Assembly: GCA_965116205.1 (NCBI GenBank)
Contig: OZ220493.1
Location: 2,485,072-2,549,071, forward strand
Reading direction: 5' to 3'
Length of the DNA: 64,000 nt
Origin: Arenicellales bacterium
GTDB lineage: Bacteria; Pseudomonadota; Gammaproteobacteria; Arenicellales; JAJDZL01
Position numbers and translations under genes: made by a program. Shown here piece by piece: positions 9,921 to 18,145 of this stretch; within the stretch, counting starts at the first letter, position 1; each line of letters begins with the position of its first letter. Below the pieces are notes generated by a model. That model saw only the letters and a list, made by a program, of their open reading frames with translations. It made no database searches and was not told the origin of the DNA.

Positions 9921-10544
9921 TTAGACTTTTCTATGTAACCACCAATTGGAATTTTCTTCTGCACCCGCACCTTTCCAAATAAACCCGTAATCTACCAGTT
10001 CTAAATCAGAAAAATACTCGTGCCAGAACATCCCAAAGTCACGTTTAAACAACTTATTTTTGTGGCCTCAGTAATCAATCGATTCGGGCCTGTCTGAGAA
10101 ATATTCGTTTGTTACGATGTATTTTGATGTGACACGATGCAATTCACGATACGTTTCAAGTAGATTACTTGGCTCAATATGGATCAACACGCCGCACGAT
10201 ATAGCTAGTTCAACAGATTGGTCTGCAAGTGGAATTTGGTTTCCCACTCCTTCAAATATATTTTTCTCTGGTAATATCCCACTTTTTCTGAGTGTATTTC
10301 TCGCTAAAGTGTTGGGTTCAACTGCGTAAAAAATAGCATCAAGTAGATGGCTGAGAGCATGTAGATTTATTCCCACGTTGGGCCCTATTTCTACACATGA
10401 CGTAGGGAGACAATGTTCCACAGCTCGTAGGATTCGAGACCATTTCCAAGTACTACCCAGGATTCGTGCTCTGGTTAGGTTGCAACGTTGACTATACTCG
10501 TTCCCAAATTCACCACGCCAAAAATCTTCTTGTTCGGTTTTCAT
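9921..10544 (-). pseudogene. Pseudaminic-acid-biosynthesis-associated methylase-like protein with an in-frame TGA
   Basis: The N-terminus TEQEDFWRGEFGNEY and SAM-MTase core resemble the Pse-locus methylase family (from memory). ORF 10068-10544 ends at TGA 10068-10070. The same frame then stays open for 48 more codons (GHKNKLFKRDF...DYGFIWKG...) to TAA 9921-9923, giving about 207 aa. Confidence 0.55.
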
Positions 10545-10752
10545 CTGAATACTATTGTTTTACTTGTCCATATTACATTGAAAAATAACGCATTTTTTAC
10601 TAACTAACCTATTGTGTTTTTTTCTTCATGATCTTAGTATGCATGTGTGGTATGAATGGAATGCTACTGTGGTCAGAGTAAAAATTTTACAGAATTATTG
10701 GTCCAGACCCAAGAAGAGTTCCACACGAGGGATAGTGATATTATAAAATAAA

Positions 10753-10876
10753 GGCTCTATTCTAAAATCGTGCGCGTGTGCATAAAATCAGATACTTAGA
10801 AATCAATAAATATCACTTTATTTCAAAGCTATACAGCTGTTGATGTTCTTTGCGCATACAATTTTAGAATAGAGCC
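10753..10876. repeat. 124-bp element bounded by perfect 16-bp inverted repeats (MITE-like or invertible/regulatory segment)
   Basis: GGCTCTATTCTAAAAT (10753-10768) and its exact reverse complement ATTTTAGAATAGAGCC (10861-10876). AAATAAA occurs just outside both ends (10746-10752 and 10878-10884). Confidence 0.6.
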
Positions 10877-11156
10877 CAAATAAAATCATCCTTGTAAGTG
10901 TAAAGGCGCCATTTCAGGAAAAAATACTGTAGAAAACCCACGCCGGAGAGAATATGGGCTTGAACTCATTTGTAAACTCAAAATCGGCGAAATGCGATAC
11001 ACTCGAAATGACAATATGAAGAATCTGTACTCTATATCAGTGGTCTTATTAACCACTAGCAAGAATCGCGAAGTACTCCTCATTGAAGTCTAAACTGAAG
11101 ATGTGTGAGGCAAAGAGAAACCGGCTCATTTCCAGACGTTAAGAAAAATTCAGAAG

Positions 11157-12483
11157 ATGAAAGTTACACATCTACAAAGTTCTACTCAAATCATCAACTT
11201 AGGCGACCTAAAAGTGCTGACTGATCCATGGTTGACTGATGGTGAGTACTACGGCAGTTGGTATCATTATCCGCCTTTTGGGGAAGAAAATATAGACAAT
11301 TTAAATTATGACTTTATTTACGTTTCCCACATTCATCCAGATCATTTGAGTGAGAAAACGTTTCGAAAACTTCCACTCAAGAAGCCCGTACTGATTCACA
11401 ATTATGACTCTAAGTTTGTAAAGCACAAACTGGAAATATTGGGTTACGAAGTTATTGAGTGTGATCATGGTAAGACTTTTGAATTCGAAAACGGTGGTTC
11501 AATAACTATCTATGCAGCTGACAATTGCAATCCAGAGCTTTGTGGGAAATTCTTGGGCTGCGCGAATCTAGAAGCTAAATTTGGAAGCACGCAGATTGAT
11601 ACGCTAGCTGTGTTTAAGCATCAAGGCGAAACCATCGTTAACGTTAACGATTGCCCTTTTGAGTTGGCGGAGAAAACTATTATAGCTAATATGCCTGAAA
11701 TTTTCTGGGGGGGGGGTGAACTTACTTCTAGTTGGCTATGCCGGTGCCGGACCGTACCCCCAGTGTTTTCACTTTGATAATATAGGTGATAAGCAGAAAG
11801 CAGCCGAGCAGAAAGAAAAACAATTTTTGCAGCAGGCAGCAAACTATATCAATCTGCTAAAACCGGATGCCTATGCTCCTTTTGCTGGCACCTATGTTCT
11901 GGGTTCTAAATTAGTAGGGTTGACCAAATTCAGAGGGGTGCCATTAATTTCAGATGCGCTGAACATGCTGAAAAATTATATATTGAATGATAGTAGCGGA
12001 GTTCTTCTCAACAAGCTGGATGTGTACGATGTGACCACTCAGCGACTATTCAAACATGAAGATGTGCCGAATCGCACCTATGACGAATTCTTACATGAGA
12101 TTGCAAACAAAAAACTTGAATATGAAGATGATGACTGGAATGATGCGGGTCTTTCGACACTCATGAATAAGTCTTACGAGCGATTCACCACTAAGGCCAG
12201 GGAGATTGGCTTTAAATCAACTACTTCATTGGTTGTGCAGAGTGATCGGGTTGCTTATCGGCTAAGTACGAGTGTCCCACCTGTTGAAGTTCCCGTCAAT
12301 AGTCGCTGTTCTGAGCCACTTCTGCGCATAACTGTTGATCATAATTTGCTTCATCGTTTACTCAGAGGGCCTAGATTTGCCCATTGGAATAATGCAGAAA
12401 TCGGTAGCCACCTACAGTACTTTCGCCAGCCAAATACCTATGAAAGAGGTCTGCATCATTGCATCTGTTTTTTGCATCAGTAA
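11157..12483 (+). pseudogene. MBL-fold metallo-hydrolase split by a poly-G frameshift (phase-variation candidate)
   Basis: ORF 11157-11777 carries HxHxDH (VSHIHPDH). ORF 11716-12483 continues in the +1-offset frame right after the G10 tract. Removing one G gives a single 441-aa ORF. Confidence 0.7.
11707..11716 (+). repeat. Homopolymeric G10 tract inside a coding sequence
   Basis: Counted directly: ttttct GGGGGGGGGG tgaac. Confidence 0.95.
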
Positions 12484-12686
12484 ATAAATTTACATGCAAA
12501 TGGTAGGAATATTAAAAGCAGCTTTGCATGACCGGCAGGGTAATAATTCGTTACTTTGAGACCGGCGAGCATCATATCTCTAGTAACTTCTAGTAAGACA
12601 AAACGATTTTTGATTGGATACGCGTTTTGGTTTATCTTTCGATTGTTTTTCTTGTATAAGAATTGAAGAAAGTTCGACGCAGGCGA

Positions 12687-13490
12687 TCATTTGATTTCTT
12701 TTTTCATCCGCTGTCTAAATGCCAATCTTTTCGGTATGCCTTGAGTAAGGAGTAGGTGAATCCTATATCTCAGTGTCTTTCTGTTCTTGTGTGGTAAAGT
12801 TTTTGCACTTAACCTTGGTCCGTAACTTTCCTCATTATAAGAGTGGTGTATTTCACTTGGTTCACCGTGATAAACCACTTGAGGTGAAATCGTGTAAGTT
12901 CTTAACCCATTTTTCCACCATGCATGTAAGTGCAAAACAAAATCAACCAAATCAACCATTATGGGATATTCTTTCAATAAAATTTTGATGGCTTGAAGAG
13001 TGATTACGTAGCCTACTGCTCCCATTGAATTACACTTGACTATACCAAGTGTGAACTTATCATTGATCTTATAAACAGGGAGGAAAGGATTTCTTGTTTT
13101 TCCGTTGTATAAGAAAACAATATCGAATTGATGCCCTTCGTTTTGAAATATACTTTCAATTGCAACTAATGCTGACTTCGTCTCTTTGGCAAGCTGGCAG
13201 TCATCTTCAAATACGGCAATCAGCTCTTCTTCATTTGCTAATGCGGTCCGCCAAACCTTCCGGTGACTTAACCAACAAGCTAAACCGCCATGTACAGGTG
13301 GTCGCTTGAATTTTCTTTCATTCGCAAGATACTGCGAGTCAACGTTGTCTTCAATGTCTTGGTCAGTCAAGTCGCGCCAATCTACACCTGATACGAACTC
13401 AAACTCAATCTCGGTGTTCTGAAACTCATTAATGCACGTTTCCTTTCGATCTGTCGCCCGTTCTAAGTGAATCACATAGCATTTCATCAA
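12687..13490 (-). CDS. Glycosyltransferase family 25 (LOS/LPS-type), copy A
   Basis: MKCYVIHLERATDR N-terminus and VFEDDC motif. It has a basic C-terminal tail (GIPKRLAFRQRMKKE) shared with ORF 35760-36608. Confidence 0.8.
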   Translation of the reverse strand: MMKCYVIHLERATDRKETCINEFQNTEIEFEFVSGVDWRDLTDQDIEDNVDSQYLANERKFKRPPVHGGLACWLSHRKVWRTALANEEELIAVFEDDCQLAKETKSALVAIESIFQNEGHQFDIVFLYNGKTRNPFLPVYKINDKFTLGIVKCNSMGAVGYVITLQAIKILLKEYPIMVDLVDFVLHLHAWWKNGLRTYTISPQVVYHGEPSEIHHSYNEESYGPRLSAKTLPHKNRKTLRYRIHLLLTQGIPKRLAFRQRMKKEIK

Positions 13491-13732
13491 ATTTGTTCCG
13501 GAAGTTGAACCACTCGCTTGATCACTTTAATAATGATTTTCCACTTTTCTGATGGTATTGAGCATTTTTCGCTGATTAGTCGAGGTGTTTTTAGCAGTTG
13601 AAAAATAGTAATACAGAAAATTACGCTATCGTTGTTGGCGGGCGTGAAACACTGAGCTAATTCAGGATAAGTCTCATTGAACGAGTATTCCAGTTTGACA
13701 ACTGGCTCGCAGAAATCACTCTGCCCGGTCAA
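13487..13732 (-). CDS. Hypothetical small protein (81 aa), doubtful
   Basis: The ORF bridges the gap between the ATPase and GT25 genes, overlapping both ends (stop overlaps the GT25 ATG). I recognise no motifs and the paralogous region has no counterpart. Confidence 0.2.
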   Translation of the reverse strand: MTGQSDFCEPVVKLEYSFNETYPELAQCFTPANNDSVIFCITIFQLLKTPRLISEKCSIPSEKWKIIIKVIKRVVQLPEQI

Positions 13733-15038
13733 TGAGATACTGTCGAAACGACGGAATTGGGATGATCAGATTTGTGTCCACACGATGCACCATCCCAGCA
13801 AAAACCATCTCCTCGATGAAATCTATTGGCTTCATGTTTTCAAGCATTACACTCTCTGAATCAGGGGCAGTTTCCCATGCTCTACCTCTGAGAAAAGATA
13901 CAAGTTTTAATCTAGAACAACCCTCGGGCCCGATCAACCGTGCGACATCTGCGAGTAATTGTTTGCAGTCGCTGATGGGTGAGTGATCCAATCGGTCTCT
14001 GTAATACTGCAGGCGACACCTATCGCCAAACGAACGTACTGTGGCCTCATCCACGCTTGCTAGATCAAGGTGGTTGATTTTGAGCTGATTGGCTAACCCC
14101 ACCATGTAGTGAAACAGATGTTGCGGCCAACCATTGGACCATTCGTTTATCTTGTCAGGTAAGTCGGAATTGTCTCTGTCTTTGATTTGGTAGCCATCTA
14201 ACATGGCACGCACCGATTCAGCCGCCTCACCAGTTTCCAATACCCCTAACGTCTGTACATGACTTTGTCCATTACTAGTAGCAAAGCGCGAGATTCTCTC
14301 CGCCGCTAATTTTGATTTGGAGTAGGCGAGTCCATAAAGAACCGCCAAAATCGGTAAACCATGCGTACCGTTGTGCAATTTGAATAGCAACGCCACATCC
14401 TCTGGCTTGAAAATCTGCACCTCATCAATCATCACCACAATAGGCCGTAGTTTTGGTGGTTTAATTGAACTTCCTTTTATGACCCTCTTGAAGATAGCTG
14501 CAGTTTTTTTACTGTAGAGCTTTGCTAGATCTTGCAAAACTAATTGAGATGACTGCTCACTATCGGTCACTTTTCCTCCACCCTTGATAAACATGTTAAA
14601 ACCGAGGTCTCTTTCAACAGTGCGAACAGAGTCAAGTATTTCCGCACCATAGTCTGGTACGATGCAGTTAGCAATTGTGCGCGTGACTTCAGACTCATTG
14701 CGCAGTTCAACCGGCTCAATTCTCACCACCACGGGTCCGTTAGACTTTGCCATCCATCTGTTCTGCAAATGACTAAGTAATGCCGATTTGCCGGCGCCGG
14801 GTGCCCCTTGAATTAGCCAAGTCTCTTGGTTAGATAACACCATTCCAGGCTGCAAACCTGCGTTAGGGGTTTCATACTTGATTCTGTTTTCGATTTCGGC
14901 AACTGTGGATTCGATGCCAGTGATGATATCTTTGCGTCCAACGAAGAATATGGCCTTATTCTTGTCGCTCCTTTGTCCGAATTTTTCCAAGGAAATTGGG
15001 GGTTCGATATACATTTGCGATGTCTCAGTTTTCAGCAT
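13716..15038 (-). CDS. STAND/AAA_16-like NTPase with C-terminal winged-helix-like region, copy A
   Basis: FFVGRKD...(FVGRxxE-type lead-in), Walker A QGAPGAGKSALL, Walker B VVMIDEVQ, and a SNGWPQHL helical-arm-like motif. It is paralogous to ORF 43766-45058. Confidence 0.65.
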   Translation of the reverse strand: MLKTETSQMYIEPPISLEKFGQRSDKNKAIFFVGRKDIITGIESTVAEIENRIKYETPNAGLQPGMVLSNQETWLIQGAPGAGKSALLSHLQNRWMAKSNGPVVVRIEPVELRNESEVTRTIANCIVPDYGAEILDSVRTVERDLGFNMFIKGGGKVTDSEQSSQLVLQDLAKLYSKKTAAIFKRVIKGSSIKPPKLRPIVVMIDEVQIFKPEDVALLFKLHNGTHGLPILAVLYGLAYSKSKLAAERISRFATSNGQSHVQTLGVLETGEAAESVRAMLDGYQIKDRDNSDLPDKINEWSNGWPQHLFHYMVGLANQLKINHLDLASVDEATVRSFGDRCRLQYYRDRLDHSPISDCKQLLADVARLIGPEGCSRLKLVSFLRGRAWETAPDSESVMLENMKPIDFIEEMVFAGMVHRVDTNLIIPIPSFRQYLIDRAE

Positions 15039-15323
15039 GCTCTACATCAATCATAACATGTTACATCAGACGGTGAATCATATTAAATTGGAACAGTTTG
15101 GGGTGTATTCAGGATGAATCTCAGCTAATGCATTATTATTAACATCTCTATGGTTATAATATTCACCTAACATCCAGCACCATAATGGATTGAAGCCACT
15201 GAGTTGAAAGTTAGTGCCCCTTTTTCAGCCGAATTATATGGTGGTACCACCGACCTTTGTTCCTGCGAATTTTTTAGGTGAGGTGTTTGCGCACACCTAA
15301 CCATAAGATATGATACACAGAGA

Positions 15324-16001
15324 ATGATAGTTACAATTCACCAGCCGGCATTTCTTCCTTGGCTAGGTTATTTTGACAAAATCCTTCACAGCGATACCTA
15401 TGTGTTCTTAGATTCAGTCCAATTTCGGAAGGGTGGCTATTCCAATCGAAATAGAATAAAGGGGGCTAACGGAGTGATATGGTTAACCATACCGGTCAAG
15501 CTAAAGGGTCACAAATCCAGCACCATCGGAGATATACCAATTGATTACTCACAGAAATGGAAAAGACAACATTTAAATTCTATCTTTTTCAACTATCGAA
15601 AGGCGAAGTTCTTCGATCTCCTGTTCCCAAAGTTAGAAACTCTCTATGCGGAAAAGCATGAGCTATTGTCAGAACTTGTCTATGCTCAATTGTTATTTTG
15701 GATGAGTGAGCTAGGCATTGAAACCGAAGTCGTTAAATCTAGTGATATTCCCACTCAGTGCAAGAAATCTGATTTGGTTTTGGAGTTGTGTATAAAACTT
15801 GGTGCACATCAATATCTTGCCAGTCCAAATAGTACAATTTACTTAGAGGAGACTGGTTTCCATGATCATTCGATTCGTATTGACTACCGAGGCTACGAAC
15901 ATCCAGTGTATCCACAACTTTTTGGTGAGTTTGTTCCAAATCTATCAATCGTTGATTATTGGATGAACGCGCACAAATCAATTTTCGTTCGAGAGGAATA
16001 A
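15324..16001 (+). CDS. WbqC-family protein, copy 1
   Basis: The N-terminus IHQPAFLPWLGYFDKI is typical of the WbqC-like family. 225 aa. Confidence 0.75.
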   Translation: MIVTIHQPAFLPWLGYFDKILHSDTYVFLDSVQFRKGGYSNRNRIKGANGVIWLTIPVKLKGHKSSTIGDIPIDYSQKWKRQHLNSIFFNYRKAKFFDLLFPKLETLYAEKHELLSELVYAQLLFWMSELGIETEVVKSSDIPTQCKKSDLVLELCIKLGAHQYLASPNSTIYLEETGFHDHSIRIDYRGYEHPVYPQLFGEFVPNLSIVDYWMNAHKSIFVREE

Positions 16002-16004
16002 TTG

Positions 16005-16676
16005 ATGCCCGAATTGAGCCAAAGTGACATCTGGAATAAAGTTTATAGCCACCACAAGCGACATGCAATTTGGCCTTGGACGGATCTCGTTAAACTCGTC
16101 ATGCGTCATGCATCTCCACCTTACCGGAAAGGTTTCAAAGTACTCGAATTAGGCTGTGGTGCCGGCGCTAATATTCCATTTTTTGCATCGCTGGGGGTGA
16201 GTTATTTTTCCGTAGAATCAAGTGAGGTCATTGTCTCCCAGTTGCATGAAACTTATCCACAATTCTGTGATTCTATAGTCGCCGGAGATTTCACAAGAGA
16301 GTTGCCTGATGAGGAGTTTGATTTGATTGTAGATCGAGCAGCGCTCATTCATAATAAATCTGCAACCATTGAACTGTGTATGCAGCATTGCCATGAGAAA
16401 CTGAAATCAGGTGGTAAATTTATCGGTGTTGATTGGTATTCAACCCGATGCAGTTCCTTTGCACACACTGAGGCGGAAGATGAATGGACGCGAGTCAATT
16501 TTGCAAGTGGTCCTTTTGTTCCCGTATACCGAGTTCATTTCACCAACAAGACACGTTTACTGGAGATATTATCAAATTTTGAATTAGAGGTATTGGAACA
16601 TAAAACGATTGAATCGGAGTCGGACAAAGAAAACGCGACCCTTGCAAGTTGGAACTTCGTAGCAACAAAATCATGA
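16005..16676 (+). CDS. Class I SAM-dependent methyltransferase, copy 1
   Basis: VLELGCGAGAN motif I. It starts 3 nt after the wbqC-1 stop. Its 5' ~260 nt are about 94% identical to copy 2. Confidence 0.8.
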   Translation: MPELSQSDIWNKVYSHHKRHAIWPWTDLVKLVMRHASPPYRKGFKVLELGCGAGANIPFFASLGVSYFSVESSEVIVSQLHETYPQFCDSIVAGDFTRELPDEEFDLIVDRAALIHNKSATIELCMQHCHEKLKSGGKFIGVDWYSTRCSSFAHTEAEDEWTRVNFASGPFVPVYRVHFTNKTRLLEILSNFELEVLEHKTIESESDKENATLASWNFVATKS

Positions 16677-16784
16677 TGGGCAATGCGGTGAGATGGAAAT
16701 GTTGGCCAGAGGCGGTGGAGCGGAGCCTCCACTAAACCACTTCGATTCACTTATTTTTACGCAACATGAAAGCGTTACCATAAA

Positions 16785-17462
16785 ATGGTTGTCTCAGTCC
16801 ATCAGCCGGCATTTCTACCATGGCTAGGTTACTTCAACAAAATTATTCGTAGCGATAAATTTGTCTTTCTTGATACGGTTCAATTTGAGAAGGGGAGTTT
16901 TGTTAACCGAAATCGGATCAAAGGTAACAACGGAGTGATATGGTTGACGGTGCCTATTAAAATAAAAGGACACATGACCAATACCATCAAGAATATTTTG
17001 ATTGATAATACTCAGAAGTGGCAAAGAAGGCATCTGAATTCAATTTTTTTCAACTATCGAAAAGCGAAGTATTTTGATCGTTTGTATCCGCAGTTAGAAC
17101 AGCTGTATCAGGAACGGTATGATTTTCTGTCTGACCTCACCTATTCACAGTTGAAATTTTGGCTGGATGAACTGAACATCAATACCAAAGTCATTAAGTC
17201 GGAAGATTTGTCCACTCAACGTAGGAAATCTGATCTTATCTTGGAATTATGTCTACGGCTGGGTGCCGATCAATATCTAGCAGGTTCGCTCAGTAAGAAT
17301 TATCTTGATGAATCAGCGTTTCGTCAGCAGTCAATTGATATCGAATACCAAAACTACCAAGGTCCGAAATATCCACAACTTTTTAGTGGATTCATTCCTA
17401 ATCTATCCATTGTTGATTATTGGATGAACACTCACAATACCATTTTCATTCGCGAGGAATAG
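16785..17462 (+). CDS. WbqC-family protein, copy 2
   Basis: VHQPAFLPWLGYFNKI N-terminus. It has the same length as copy 1 (225 aa) and is about 70% identical. Confidence 0.75.
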   Translation: MVVSVHQPAFLPWLGYFNKIIRSDKFVFLDTVQFEKGSFVNRNRIKGNNGVIWLTVPIKIKGHMTNTIKNILIDNTQKWQRRHLNSIFFNYRKAKYFDRLYPQLEQLYQERYDFLSDLTYSQLKFWLDELNINTKVIKSEDLSTQRRKSDLILELCLRLGADQYLAGSLSKNYLDESAFRQQSIDIEYQNYQGPKYPQLFSGFIPNLSIVDYWMNTHNTIFIREE

Positions 17463-17464
17463 TT

Positions 17465-18145
17465 ATGCCCGAATTGAGCCAAAGTGACATCTGGAATAAA
17501 ATTTATACCCACCACAAGCGCCATGCAATTTGGCCTTGGACGGATCTCGTTCAACTAGTTATGCGTTATGCATCTCCACCCTACCAGAAGGGTTTCAAAG
17601 TACTTGAATTAGGCTGTGGTGCCGGCGCTAATATTCCCTTTTTTGCATCGCTAGAGGGGGGGGGGGTGAGTTATTTTTCCGTAGAATCAAGTGAGGTCAT
17701 TGTCTCCCAGTTGCATGAAACTTATCCGCAGTTTCGCGATTCAATAGAGGTTGGTGACTTCACAACAGAACTGCCTAATGAACAATTTGATCTGATTGTC
17801 GATCGAGGGGCAATGATTTGTAACAAATCCAAAGCTATTGCACGATGTATTCAGCGTTGTTATGCACAACTCAATTCTGGTGGAAAATTTATTGGTGTCG
17901 ACTGGTACTCTACCCAATGCAGTTCATTTGCGCAAGCTCAGGTGGAGGATGAATGGACCCGAGTGAATTTTGTAAATGGCCCCTTTGTACCTGTGCATAG
18001 AATACATTTTAGCGATAAAGAGCATCTGCTGGATTTGTTTTCCAATTTTGAAATCGAAGCACTTGAGCATAAAACCATTAACAATGAATATAACGAAAAT
18101 CACCCTACCTTGGCCAGCTGGAATTTTGTGGCGGTAAAAGTATGA
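17465..18145 (+). CDS. Class I SAM-dependent methyltransferase, copy 2 (contains an in-frame G11 tract)
   Basis: MPELSQSDIWNK start is homologous to copy 1, so the 17420 start in the ORF track is probably an upstream extension. VLELGCGAGAN motif. It has an extra EGG relative to copy 1, encoded by the poly-G tract. Confidence 0.8.
   Translation: MPELSQSDIWNKIYTHHKRHAIWPWTDLVQLVMRYASPPYQKGFKVLELGCGAGANIPFFASLEGGGVSYFSVESSEVIVSQLHETYPQFRDSIEVGDFTTELPNEQFDLIVDRGAMICNKSKAIARCIQRCYAQLNSGGKFIGVDWYSTQCSSFAQAQVEDEWTRVNFVNGPFVPVHRIHFSDKEHLLDLFSNFEIEALEHKTINNEYNENHPTLASWNFVAVKV
17656..17666 (+). repeat. Homopolymeric G11 tract inside a coding sequence (in frame)
   Basis: Counted directly: ctaga GGGGGGGGGGG tgag. 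The homologous site in copy 1 (16193-16197) is G5. Confidence 0.95.

Noticed and set aside
7632-10070. Two in-frame TGA codons at conserved positions (hicB 7632-7634 and methylase 10068-10070) could indicate TGA reassignment (genetic code 4 or 25).
   Set aside because: Many well-conserved genes in the window end at TGA at their expected lengths, for example the amidinotransferase-fold gene at 3279-3281, pseC at 21668-21670 and serS at 32502-32504. No core gene needs TGA read-through. Nonsense mutations in decaying accessory genes are the simpler explanation.
17420-17464. The ORF track starts methyltransferase copy 2 at 17420, overlapping wbqC copy 2.
   Set aside because: Copy 1 and copy 2 align from MPELSQSD (ATG 17465), 2 nt after the wbqC-2 stop. 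The upstream 15 codons lie inside wbqC and have no counterpart in copy 1.
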